A stretch of DNA of 64,000 bases from NCBI GenBank assembly GCA_964525495.1, contig CAZGHS010000001.1:102263-166262 (forward strand), read 5' to 3'. How positions within the stretch are numbered: position 1 is the stretch's first letter; each line of letters begins with the position of its first letter. The position numbers were made by a program, and so were the translations under genes. Source of the DNA: an uncultured Gammaproteobacteria bacterium (lineage in GTDB: Bacteria > Patescibacteriota > Microgenomatia > JALYQM01). The notes below the pieces were generated by a model, which did not search any database, was not told where the DNA came from, and saw nothing but the letters and a program-made list of their open reading frames with translations. Below, piece by piece: positions 9,310 through 18,534 of the stretch.

Positions 9310-10893
9310 TCACAATCCCAACCGATTACTCATCTCACTACCAGTCTCGAAAAGCTCAGGGTCGCTACCACCGTCTTGCTGAACCCGTAATACATTATCC
9401 GGATCTTCTAAATACGTCGCAATCTTATAGTCAGTACCATCCGAGCGGAAGAAATAACCAGCTACAACTTCTTCACCAGCACTATTAATCATAGTCTGAC
9501 CATTCAACGGATCAACAGGCAAAGTAGCCAAATAAGAACTCAAATCAAGCTTAATCCATCCCTTACCTTTTGCATCTCGCAAAGTTGCACTCTCCGTGGC
9601 AGCAATAGAAGAACACGCAGTATTAGTTTTGGCACCACGACATACTGGAAGGTTTACTATAGTCGTAGTAGCTATCGTAGCATCTATAGCCTTACGCAGC
9701 GTAACCAAATCAGTCAATCGAACTGAGTCCCGAGACTTTTTCATCAAACTCGATGAACTATCATTTTGCATAGTCTGCATATATTCTTGTGTTATCTCTT
9801 CGATAGTTTTGGCGTCGGTCGGAGCAGTAATATTCATAGGCATATTATAATTCTTGAATCGAGCTGAAATAGCTACCGATCCCGATTGTGCTGACATTTC
9901 TTTATCATCTATCCGAATAATCGTCTCAAACTTATACAAATAGTCATCTTTTTTATCCAACCACAGATGAAAATCTGTTTTCCCGATCAATGCCAAAGGC
10001 TCATCAAGTGTCTGTAATTCATATTCCGGAATAGCTGAATCAGTAATAATTGGATAAACCTCAGTCAAAAACTGCTTAAATACCACAGGATCAATCCGCA
10101 CAACATAATGCACTGCAGTCTTACCATCAATCACTTCATCAGGGTTACTCGTATCAAACTTCATAAACCTATGCTTCGCATAAATTAATTTAATAGTTTC
10201 CTGATTTTCCCTTAATTTCGCAGCGCCAGACGCATCACGCAGAGAACCAAAAGAACTTGTCGAAGGATTAGTCGCAACCCCCAACATACTATAATTAGAT
10301 GCCTCTTCCGGTATTGCAATCCATTTACCTTTAAACAAATCGAGCTGTGTCAAATCCATACCCAAGTTAGGTAATGAATTTAATTTCACATATACTTTTT
10401 TATCCTTCACAATTCCCTGACCATCAAACATATATTCTGGTTGATTAGGCACATTAATCCGAGCACCAAATGCCAATGCTGAAGCAGGGTTCGCTTTATC
10501 GTTCAAATCAGATTGGCCTCTCATCGTCAACTCATACCGCCCACCCTCACCTGCTGCCTGCAAAGGATCCACTGACAACATCTCAGAAAATATTCCCTTA
10601 TCTGAGACTTGTGTTTGCGAACTTGAAGAAGCATCCACACTTACTTTAATCTCTCCTTCATACTCGATAGACTTCATGTTCTCCAAATGAAGCAACGCAT
10701 TTTCAATTTTCTTCTCTGGCGAATTAACGAGATAAAAATATGCAGCTACACTTCCTACTCCCACCAAAACAAAAACAATAGCAACGATCACAGCTATCAA
10801 GCCTTTTTTAGAAGATTGTCGAGGCGGTTCCGGAGTATACGTAACCTGTGAATAAGTAGTGGACGGTGTTGGTTGTAATGATTCTGTATTCAT
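9310..10893 (-). CDS. Membrane-anchored protein with C-terminal pilin-like domain
   Basis: N-terminal TM; C-terminal KSRDSVRLTDL...LATLPVDP...YKIATYLE segment; start 10893 follows a promoter. Confidence 0.65.
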   Translation of the reverse strand: MNTESLQPTPSTTYSQVTYTPEPPRQSSKKGLIAVIVAIVFVLVGVGSVAAYFYLVNSPEKKIENALLHLENMKSIEYEGEIKVSVDASSSSQTQVSDKGIFSEMLSVDPLQAAGEGGRYELTMRGQSDLNDKANPASALAFGARINVPNQPEYMFDGQGIVKDKKVYVKLNSLPNLGMDLTQLDLFKGKWIAIPEEASNYSMLGVATNPSTSSFGSLRDASGAAKLRENQETIKLIYAKHRFMKFDTSNPDEVIDGKTAVHYVVRIDPVVFKQFLTEVYPIITDSAIPEYELQTLDEPLALIGKTDFHLWLDKKDDYLYKFETIIRIDDKEMSAQSGSVAISARFKNYNMPMNITAPTDAKTIEEITQEYMQTMQNDSSSSLMKKSRDSVRLTDLVTLRKAIDATIATTTIVNLPVCRGAKTNTACSSIAATESATLRDAKGKGWIKLDLSSYLATLPVDPLNGQTMINSAGEEVVAGYFFRSDGTDYKIATYLEDPDNVLRVQQDGGSDPELFETGSEMSNRLGL

Positions 10894-10902
10894 AGTAGCT
10901 CG

Positions 10903-10931
10903 ATAGTACATGCCTACAAAAAGCTGGTCAA
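10903..10931 (-). promoter_or_regulatory. Sigma70-type promoter
   Basis: TTGACC-17nt-TACTAT, 9 nt upstream of ATG 10893. Confidence 0.6.
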
Positions 10932-10938
10932 CACCATC

Positions 10939-10969
10939 AAAAAAAGGACGGCATCTCTGCCGTCCTTTT
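10939..10969 (-). terminator. Intrinsic terminator of ppa
   Basis: AAAAGGACGGCA-tctc-TGCCGTCCTTTT stem with T tracts on both strands. Confidence 0.8.
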
Positions 10970-10987
10970 AATATAATCAAATCTAAG

Positions 10988-11515
10988 CTACTTATTCGCC
11001 GCAATTCCTTTTGCAACTTCTTCCAAAGCCACGTCTACACCTTTCCAATCCCGAATCTTAATCCACTTACCAGGTTCAAGCTCTTTATAATGCTCAAAGA
11101 AATGCTTCATCTTGTTTCGCAAAGCTTCTGGAAGATCTTCCACATTCTTATACACACCAAACACTGGATCAATCTTAGCGGTAGGCACAGCTACCAGCTT
11201 CGTATCAACACCCTCTTCATCTTCCATCTCAAGCATTCCGATTATCACAGAAGGAATTACGACGCCTGGAGCAACAGTTTTATCTGACAGTACGAGCACA
11301 TCCAAAGGATCACCATCATCAGCCATCGTACCTGGTATAAAGCCATAATTAAACGGATACGCCATCGATGTATAAAGGAATCGGTCTACAAAAATGACCC
11401 CAGACTCCTTATCCAACTCATATTTAATCGATCCACCCTGCGGGATCTCAATAAACACATTAACGATTTTTTTCTCTTCCTTATTCCAAGGTTTAAGCGA
11501 AAGAACTCCAGACAT
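10988..11515 (-). CDS. ppa: Inorganic pyrophosphatase family I
   Basis: [22 protein letters not shown] motifs. Confidence 0.95.
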   Translation of the reverse strand: MSGVLSLKPWNKEEKKIVNVFIEIPQGGSIKYELDKESGVIFVDRFLYTSMAYPFNYGFIPGTMADDGDPLDVLVLSDKTVAPGVVIPSVIIGMLEMEDEEGVDTKLVAVPTAKIDPVFGVYKNVEDLPEALRNKMKHFFEHYKELEPGKWIKIRDWKGVDVALEEVAKGIAANK

Positions 11516-11585
11516 AAATATCTCCTTGATATTTCTAATACTATGGATTATATTAAATGCCCATTAATAAAACAATTACTTGAAT

Positions 11586-11747
11586 ATGACAATAAAAGAA
11601 CAAGAGATCCAACCACGCATCACAGACTCAAACTTTGAGAGAGGTCGATGGGACGGCTTACGCCGGCTTGAAGCTGCAGCAGATAAAGCTAAACCAATAA
11701 TAAAGTCAATAGATCGTCACAAACGAAAAATTCAAAAAACAGCATAA
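11586..11747 (+). CDS. Small basic orphan (53 aa, MTIKEQEIQPR...)
   Basis: Translated by hand; its TAA overlaps the next ATG (TAATG). Confidence 0.4.
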   Translation: MTIKEQEIQPRITDSNFERGRWDGLRRLEAAADKAKPIIKSIDRHKRKIQKTA

Positions 11748-11974
11748 TGGAATATAAACGTAAACCTCACACATTTGAGTGCAAGCACGTAACATATCAA
11801 CTTCCAAACCAAGAATTATTCGATAAAGATCCTGAAGCCTGGTTTGTGCAAAGACACCCTGACGCTCCAGAAAGTTTTTCCAAATTAGGTGCAAAAATAA
11901 TTCGCAAAGTAAAAGAAGAAATAAAAACAGAAAAAGAATCTCTAGTTAAACGCCGTCGCACCCGCTCAAGATAA
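11747..11974 (+). CDS. Small basic orphan (75 aa)
   Basis: Fills the gap before ruvB; coupled to the upstream ORF. Confidence 0.45.
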   Translation: MEYKRKPHTFECKHVTYQLPNQELFDKDPEAWFVQRHPDAPESFSKLGAKIIRKVKEEIKTEKESLVKRRRTRSR

Positions 11975-12952
11975 ATACCGCTTTCCCAACTCAGTCACAA
12001 TTCTTCCTCGCGGCGTCCTCTGTATAAACCCCTTCTGCAATAAATACGGCTCAAGTACCTCTTCCACTGTCCCAATATCCTCAGACAACGAAGTCGCCAG
12101 TGTCTCTATCCCCACAGGTCCTCCACCAAACTTCTTAATTATCACTTCAAGCACTCGTCTATCGCTCGCATCCATCCCCTCCTCATCCACATCCAACAAT
12201 CGCAATGCATCCTTCACGATCGCCACTGTTATCTTGTCACTATCGTGCTTCACTTGGGACACATCACGCACTCGTTTCAACAACCGATTCGCAATGCGCG
12301 GCGTACCTCGACTTCTTCGCGCCAATTCTCGAGCAGCTCCTTCCTCTGTTTCAATCCCCAACACCTGAGCTGCCCGACCAATTATCTTAAAAAGCGCATT
12401 ATCATCATAAAACTCAAGTCGATGAATAATCCCAAATCTATCACGCAAAGGCGATGACAACAATCCCACACGAGTCGTCGCACCTATAATCGTAAACTTC
12501 GGCAAATCCAATCGCACATTCCTCGCTGACGGTCCCTTACCGATCACAATATCCAACGCAAAATCCTCCATCGCCGGATACATCACTTCTTCCACCACGC
12601 GACTCAGTCGATGAATCTCATCAATAAACAAAATATCGCGTTCCTGCAAATTAGTCAGAATAGAAGCCAAATCTCCAGCTCGCTCAATCGCCGGCCCAGA
12701 CGTCACTTTAATATTCACTCCCATCTCACGCGCTATCACATGAGAAATAGTAGTCTTACCCAAACCAGGAGGTCCATAAAACAAAAGATGATCCAAAGAC
12801 TCACCCCGCTGCTGAGCGGCCTGCAACGAGATCAACAAATTCTCTTTCATTTTATCCTGACCAATATAGTCTTGCATTCGCTGGGGTCGCAGCGACGCAT
12901 CCAATTGCTCATCTTCAGGAGTTTCCACTTTTGTCGAAGTCACTACACTCAT
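11966..12952 (-). CDS. ruvB: Holliday junction branch migration helicase RuvB
   Basis: [24 protein letters not shown]. Confidence 0.97.
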   Translation of the reverse strand: MSVVTSTKVETPEDEQLDASLRPQRMQDYIGQDKMKENLLISLQAAQQRGESLDHLLFYGPPGLGKTTISHVIAREMGVNIKVTSGPAIERAGDLASILTNLQERDILFIDEIHRLSRVVEEVMYPAMEDFALDIVIGKGPSARNVRLDLPKFTIIGATTRVGLLSSPLRDRFGIIHRLEFYDDNALFKIIGRAAQVLGIETEEGAARELARRSRGTPRIANRLLKRVRDVSQVKHDSDKITVAIVKDALRLLDVDEEGMDASDRRVLEVIIKKFGGGPVGIETLATSLSEDIGTVEEVLEPYLLQKGFIQRTPRGRIVTELGKRYLS

Positions 12953-12955
12953 ACA

Positions 12956-13540
12956 TTATTTCCCTAAAAATCCTAACATCTGCTTAATCTGTTTCTGAAT
13001 AGGCGCTTCTTTATCTATCTGTTTAATATACGGATAAACTTCCTTCTCCGAATACCCCAATACCATCAACGCATTCACCAAATCATCCGATGCAGACACA
13101 TCCATCGACATATCTTGCCCATTTACCAACATTACACTCATACCATTCACTTTGTTCTTTAAATCTATCACAATTTTAGCCGCGCCCTTTTTCCCTACTC
13201 CCGACACACTCGCAAACAATCGCTCATCGTCTCGCTGAATCGCCGAAATAATATCATCCGAAGAATATGCAGACAATATACCAATACCCGCCTTAGGACC
13301 CACACCATTTACACTTATCAACAACTTAAAAATTTCCAAATCCTGCACATTCATAAACCCAAACAAACGCAAATCATCTTCTCGCACATGTTGGTACGTA
13401 TAAAAACGTTGCATAACACCTTTTTGAATTTGGGAAAGCACCGAAATCGGCACAAATACTTGATACCCTACTCCTGAAACATTCACATACACAGAGTCAG
13501 AAGTAACATGATCAACAGATCCATCAAGAAAAACTATCAT
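12956..13540 (-). CDS. ruvA: Holliday junction DNA-binding protein RuvA
   Basis: GVGY, VRED, VNGVGPK and GVGKK HhH motifs; adjacent to ruvB. Confidence 0.95.
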   Translation of the reverse strand: MIVFLDGSVDHVTSDSVYVNVSGVGYQVFVPISVLSQIQKGVMQRFYTYQHVREDDLRLFGFMNVQDLEIFKLLISVNGVGPKAGIGILSAYSSDDIISAIQRDDERLFASVSGVGKKGAAKIVIDLKNKVNGMSVMLVNGQDMSMDVSASDDLVNALMVLGYSEKEVYPYIKQIDKEAPIQKQIKQMLGFLGK

Positions 13541-13603
13541 CAAAAATCAAGATAGCATGCTGTTGAATATTACGCAAACATAACCCAAAACAGAAAGACG
13601 AAC

Positions 13604-14089
13604 TTACCTAACTGTCACTCCATGCGTATACGCTATGGCCAGTGCATCCGCAGCGTCATCAGGCTTGGGAATTTCTTTCAATGCCAGCAACATTTGCACC
13701 ATTCTTTGCATCTGCGCTTTCTCTGCTCGTCCGTATCCAGTCAACGCAACCTTTACCTGCAATGGTGTGTATTCAAAAAAAGGAACTTTAAAATGCTGTG
13801 CAGAAAGCAGTATCACGCCTCTCGCCATGCCCACAATCAATGCAGTCGAAACATTTTTATTAAAGAACAGCTCTTCAACCACAAAAGCATCGGGCTTATG
13901 CTCCCGCAACAACTCAGTCAAACCTGTATAAAGAAGCTCTAATCGCTGCTCCAAAGGTACACCTGCCTCAGTATAAATACACCCATAATCCTTCATTACC
14001 AGTTCTTGCCCTACTTTTCCAGGCTTACCCCGCTCCACCACTCCCCAACCAGTAATCGCAATCCCAGGATCAATTCCTAAAATAATCAT
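13604..14089 (-). CDS. ruvC: Crossover junction endodeoxyribonuclease RuvC
   Basis: [30 protein letters not shown]. Confidence 0.97.
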   Translation of the reverse strand: MIILGIDPGIAITGWGVVERGKPGKVGQELVMKDYGCIYTEAGVPLEQRLELLYTGLTELLREHKPDAFVVEELFFNKNVSTALIVGMARGVILLSAQHFKVPFFEYTPLQVKVALTGYGRAEKAQMQRMVQMLLALKEIPKPDDAADALAIAYTHGVTVR

Positions 14090-14146
14090 AGACAAAACAT
14101 AGCACGTTTCTTGAAAGTTCTCAAATATTAAATAGACCTATAGTAT

Positions 14147-14175
14147 TTGACTTTTCAGGCTAAATGTGGTATTAT
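14147..14175 (+). promoter_or_regulatory. Sigma70 promoter with extended -10
   Basis: TTGACT-17nt-TATTAT with TG upstream of the -10. Confidence 0.75.
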
Positions 14176-14182
14176 AGAAGAT

Positions 14183-14506
14183 GCTCAGTTGAGTTTTGAG
14201 CTCGTTTTCGAGCTTATAAGCTTAAGTGAGCGTGAGCTCAAAAGGTTCACTAGATCTTTAAAAGAAAGACAATAGCAGTGTATGAGTTGAGCCCGAGCTC
14301 AGCCGACGCACAAAATCTACGTCTTTCTGAACCCATACAGCTCACCCCATACTTTTTTCGCCATTTATTTTTCTGATCTACCTTTACCGCACTGTCTGTG
14401 ACTGCGGAATAGTGGAAATAACTTCATTGTTGTTCCTACTGTTCCGCAGTCTGCAGAAATATCAGCGATGTGCTGAATACGCAGAGCGGTAATGTGGAGG
14501 TGTCAA
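14183..14506 (+). ncRNA. ~320-nt highly structured 5' leader
   Basis: TTTTGAGCTC/GAGCTCAAAA (14194-14203/14234-14243); 14-bp stem 14400-14413/14438-14451; TTACCGC/GCGGTAA (14384-14390/14486-14492) next to the GGAGG RBS. Confidence 0.6.
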
Positions 14507-14899
14507 ATGACACGTATCTCTTCTTTTCTCGCGCTCATCCTCGCCGCAGCAATCCTTACCAGCAATCCGACACCAGTTTTGGCTGACGGAGATTTCTCCG
14601 GAACCGAATCGGTCACGTTTGTTGGAGCGGAGAACGTTGTGGTGAACTGTAAGAAAAGTAACTGGGCAAGGATAACTGTCACGTACAACTCCTTTCCCGG
14701 GGACAATCTTGTCATCTCTGCAAGCGATGCTCGACCAAGCGACAACGCGAACCGAACCTATTACTCCATCATCATCGATGAGGAGCATTCAGGGAAGGGT
14801 AGTCGCAGCGTCGATATTCAACTCACCGATGAGCCAACCTACTTCTGGGCAACGCTCGGCAGCGCACAGGACATCAAGTCCCTACGATGCGCTAACTAG
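14507..14899 (+). CDS. Secreted orphan protein (130 aa)
   Basis: GGAGG RBS at 14496-14500; signal peptide ending VLA-DG; two Cys. Confidence 0.7.
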   Translation: MTRISSFLALILAAAILTSNPTPVLADGDFSGTESVTFVGAENVVVNCKKSNWARITVTYNSFPGDNLVISASDARPSDNANRTYYSIIIDEEHSGKGSRSVDIQLTDEPTYFWATLGSAQDIKSLRCAN

Positions 14900-15021
14900 C
14901 TAACTCAGACAATCAGAAAGCCAATGGCGAAACAGACCTTCGATACATAGAATATATTTAAACCTCTGCTTGCAGTGGTGGCGATATCCTATATGTATTT
15001 ATTGTCTGGCCATTGTCTTTC

Positions 15022-15082
15022 TGATTGTTATACAGTAAACGATTCTGTATCTGACGAAGGCGAATTGAAGCCGAAACAATCA
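15022..15082 (+). ncRNA. Type III hammerhead ribozyme
   Basis: Stem III TGATTGT/ACAATCA, GUU site, stem I ATACAG/CTGTAT, core CTGACGA(A), stem II GGC/GCC, GAAA. Confidence 0.8.
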
Positions 15083-15106
15083 AGCTAAGTATGTTATATT
15101 CTCTCC

Positions 15107-15700
15107 ATGCATTACGAAGAATTAGCTGACACATTAGGTCTCGATCTCCACGGACGCATCAATTATCATGACGCACTTGAACGCACCACAATGCTCTTAG
15201 TCCAAGAAGCCCAACAAGGTACATGCCCTCATACTCTCCGTCGTGTCCTAGATCTTTTACCCGCGGCACATACTTTCCAGCAATTCGATCCTCTAGAGCG
15301 TCAAAGACTTCGATCAGTAAGTGTCACTGAAACTAAAGCAACTTTGCTTTACGATTCACTTCTTCGCCGAGTACATGTAGGAAAACTGACTAATCGGATT
15401 GAATTAAATCCCGATCAAACAGAGGTACTGAATGCAGTATTTCAGTTTCCAGGTGAACCATTCTTTTCTGGAGACATAGCAGAAATTCTATACGGCACTA
15501 CAAAAGGAAGATGTATGACGCTAGCGACCACACGAATCCAAGATCTAGCACAAACTATTGAAAAGCCTGATCAATTCTTCTTTATTACTGACATTGAATC
15601 ATACCTATTTGGGGATCCAGATAATTTCTGGAAAAGTCGTATCACGATCCCCGACCGACGTCGAATTTACCAAACCAAACAAAAACCTATAGTAATTTGA
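15107..15700 (+). CDS. Orphan with OmpR/PhoB-like winged-helix C-terminus
   Basis: IELNPDQTEVLNAVFQFPGEPFFSGDIAEILYG...RIQDLAQTIE resembles Trans_reg_C; no receiver motifs recognised. Confidence 0.55.
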   Translation: MHYEELADTLGLDLHGRINYHDALERTTMLLVQEAQQGTCPHTLRRVLDLLPAAHTFQQFDPLERQRLRSVSVTETKATLLYDSLLRRVHVGKLTNRIELNPDQTEVLNAVFQFPGEPFFSGDIAEILYGTTKGRCMTLATTRIQDLAQTIEKPDQFFFITDIESYLFGDPDNFWKSRITIPDRRRIYQTKQKPIVI

Positions 15701-15902
15701 TTTTAACCTCAAAGCATGCTCTAATAATAGAATATTGAGCGGAAACTAGTCTTACGAGTCTATACTTCACCTCAATTTTTTAATATCCTGTACGTTTACA
15801 TCTTGTGGAATAACTCACTTAGCTACACTCAAAGCATCTCATAATATGGGGCATTTCGAGTGTTGCTAAGTGCAACTTTTTAGAAAAAAAGGGGGGGCTA
15901 TC

Positions 15903-16121
15903 ATGGAGGCAAGTTCAATAACTGTCGGACAAGAGCTACGCTACAACGCGGGTTTTGGACCATGGAATGTCCAGGGAATTGTACGAGTAACCGAGGCCAA
16001 AGCCAACCATAGTGTTATCAAGGTCCAAATTATCAGTATGTCAAAGGACCGCGGGGAAAAAGAATTTTATAAGCCAGGCAAGGTCATAGATGCGGTGGCG
16101 AGCGAACTCTTCCCCAAATAA
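15903..16121 (+). CDS. Small beta-rich orphan (72 aa)
   Basis: G-rich RBS (AAGGGGGGG) before ATG 15903; flanked by complementary arms. Confidence 0.65.
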   Translation: MEASSITVGQELRYNAGFGPWNVQGIVRVTEAKANHSVIKVQIISMSKDRGEKEFYKPGKVIDAVASELFPK

Positions 16122-16146
16122 TCCACAAGATAACATCTTACAGGAC

Positions 16147-16251
16147 GGCACTAAGGAAAAAGTGTAAAGTGCATGAAGCAGCAGAGTTGTATTGCGAAAG
16201 CGATATACTTTGAGACTTTTATGTAACTACAACCACACCTTAGTGCCTTTT
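16147..16251 (+). terminator. Long (~100 nt) terminator-like hairpin
   Basis: GGCACTAAGG/CCTTAGTGCC closing stem followed by TTTT; apical GCGAAAGC tetraloop. Confidence 0.6.
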
Positions 16252-16257
16252 CCGTAT

Positions 16258-17226
16258 TTACCCCAACAATCCACTAGCACCCTTTTCCAGCTCTTCGTTC
16301 ACTCTCTGAATATTCCTCACCCCATATTCCTCAAGCCATATCCGCAAACCATCTTCCCCACCAGTTCCAAACGCAGCAATTCCATCCTGCCATGTCGCCC
16401 GTCCACACAACACTCCGTTATATTTCACACCGCCTTCTCTCACCAATGCAAGAGATTCTAAAAACGAATCAATAGTCACACCAGCACTCAGATAAATAAA
16501 CGGCAAATGTGTCGCTGTTGCAGTATTTTTAATATGTTGCAGTGCTTCAGCTCGAGTATACGCATACTCTTCACCAGCAACACTACTCCCTTGCACATAT
16601 TTTATATTTATAGGTATCTCAACTTTCAAAACATCGATACCATATCGCGCATCAGAGAACTCTTTCATATACGCAGCAACAATTTCAGGCTTTCGCTTAG
16701 CAAATTCCAAGCTCTTCTCGTCCCCTATAGTGTCAGAATATGACACCACTTCAAAAAAGAACGGCATCTCTTCCCGTTTACACTCCTCACCCACTCGTGC
16801 AACAAAATGCCGTTTCTGGTTATTAATCTCATCAGTATCAAACGGATCATAATAAACCAGCAGCTTCACCGCATCAGCACCTTCTTCTCGAAGCTTAGCC
16901 ACAGAGTATCCATCCAACAAATCTGGCAACCGACCTGCCATAGTCGCATCATATCCAGTTTTTTCGTACGCAAGCAACACACCAGCAGTTTCAGATTTCT
17001 TCTCCAAAGCAGGCAGACCATACTGTGAATCTAGCAACACAGCACTCGCATACGGAGTCAAAACCTCGACACACACAGATTTAAACAATGAAATCTCATC
17101 AGCAGTAGCCTCTCGTCCTAAAGACTTAGTCAAAGCCTTACCAAGAGAGCCGCGTTGGTCTATAGCCATTGCAGCCACAACACCATTATCATTTGTTAAT
17201 TTTTGTAGTCGTTCTTTTTTTGTCAT
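16258..17226 (-). CDS. lacD: Tagatose-1,6-bisphosphate aldolase (class I, LacD family)
   Basis: AIDQRGSL, YEKTGYD, DVLKVEIP, LSAGV, GVLCGRATW. Confidence 0.9.
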   Translation of the reverse strand: MTKKERLQKLTNDNGVVAAMAIDQRGSLGKALTKSLGREATADEISLFKSVCVEVLTPYASAVLLDSQYGLPALEKKSETAGVLLAYEKTGYDATMAGRLPDLLDGYSVAKLREEGADAVKLLVYYDPFDTDEINNQKRHFVARVGEECKREEMPFFFEVVSYSDTIGDEKSLEFAKRKPEIVAAYMKEFSDARYGIDVLKVEIPINIKYVQGSSVAGEEYAYTRAEALQHIKNTATATHLPFIYLSAGVTIDSFLESLALVREGGVKYNGVLCGRATWQDGIAAFGTGGEDGLRIWLEEYGVRNIQRVNEELEKGASGLLG

Positions 17227-17238
17227 AAGTATATTGAA

Positions 17239-17901
17239 TTAAAGAATAAATGGTTTCTCATCGTCATTCACTACAAAACTATCATCCACAGGCTTATTCT
17301 GCAACTCTTCGTCAATCGCCCGCAGTTCACGCAACGCCTCCTGAGGTGAATCCACGATTGTAAACACATTCAGCTCTTCGTCGCGAATACGCATACTACG
17401 AGTGATAGCCGCAATAATGTCATACCATTGTTTGCCACACAAGATAAGTGGCTTATGATGGCCATAATATAAACGAGCCATAGCCCAGGCCATACCAAAT
17501 TCTGACAAAGTCCCCGTTGCTCCGAGGAAAATCATGTAAACCTGGCCATATTCAAGCAATCGCAAAGTACGCTCTAAATAATTTTTAGTCACGATCTCTT
17601 CATCCATTACATTCGCAGTAGATTTACCTTCGAAATTGCTCGCATTCTTTGGATAAAAGGTCACTCCAATTGTTCGTCCTCCACCAGCTTTCGCACCAGA
17701 AGAAGCAGCGCCCATCACACCAGGTCCACCACCATCTACTACAATATATTTATTCTCTGCAACCAATTTTGCAGTATCAAACGCAAACTTGTACTCTGGA
17801 TCCTCTTTTGTCGAATCCGCGAATCCAAAAAACGCGACCCGTTCGACCTTGCGATGCGGAAAAACTTTCTTAGTATCTAATTGAGCCAGTTGAATCGCCA
17901 T
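17239..17901 (-). CDS. LOG family nucleotide-binding/nucleosidase protein
   Basis: GGGPGVMGAA, ER, variant GATGTLSE of the PGGxGTxxE motif. Confidence 0.8.
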   Translation of the reverse strand: MAIQLAQLDTKKVFPHRKVERVAFFGFADSTKEDPEYKFAFDTAKLVAENKYIVVDGGGPGVMGAASSGAKAGGGRTIGVTFYPKNASNFEGKSTANVMDEEIVTKNYLERTLRLLEYGQVYMIFLGATGTLSEFGMAWAMARLYYGHHKPLILCGKQWYDIIAAITRSMRIRDEELNVFTIVDSPQEALRELRAIDEELQNKPVDDSFVVNDDEKPFIL

Positions 17902-17903
17902 AT

Positions 17904-18533
17904 TTACATTCCTTTCAATAAGCTATATTTCTCTATAACATTTTCATCAGATAAGTACGAAGTACTGATCAGATGAGTTGCACCCGCCTCGATGATAGCA
18001 GGTGCAGTCAGATTATCAACATGTCCATCAGCAGCGATAGTTAAAGCAGGAAGCCACGAACGCACTTTACGAATTTGTGTTAATTGATCTTCCTTAAATG
18101 GCATACCGGAAAAACCTAAATTAATAGTCATAATCATTATATGATCAAAACGACCGAGCAAATCATGATTCACAATATCTTGACCACGTTTAAAAACCAA
18201 ACCAAACTCCATACCCAAAGCATGCACATGATTTTGCGCCTGCAATGCAGCTACATACGACCCACTCTCAATTGCATCCAAATGTACCAAGACGCGAGAA
18301 AACCCAGCCTGCTTACAAACATCAAAATATGAATAGGGATCTTCTACCATCAAATGAGCTTCAAAAAAACCACCGGGCAAAAACCCAAGCTCTTCTACAC
18401 TGACTGTAGTATTTTCGACATATTTGCCATCAGCAATATCAATGTGAAATCCATCAACACTCTCTCCAAACAAGGAGATACGAGAAAAAACGTCATCGAC
18501 GCTTTTAGTTAATATTCCGGGATAAACAATCAT
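17904..18533 (-). CDS. rpe: Ribulose-phosphate 3-epimerase
   Basis: HIDIADG, EAHLMV, GFSG, ADG motifs. Confidence 0.85.
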   Translation of the reverse strand: MIVYPGILTKSVDDVFSRISLFGESVDGFHIDIADGKYVENTTVSVEELGFLPGGFFEAHLMVEDPYSYFDVCKQAGFSRVLVHLDAIESGSYVAALQAQNHVHALGMEFGLVFKRGQDIVNHDLLGRFDHIMIMTINLGFSGMPFKEDQLTQIRKVRSWLPALTIAADGHVDNLTAPAIIEAGATHLISTSYLSDENVIEKYSLLKGM

Positions 18534-18534
18534 A

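Noticed and set aside
14912-14937. GCC-aat-GGC-GAAAC looks like hammerhead stem II plus GAAA
   Set aside because: The upstream CUGANGA core is absent (CAGAAA); better explained as the switching arm. With only one ribozyme found, a circular or retrozyme-type RNA is unsupported.
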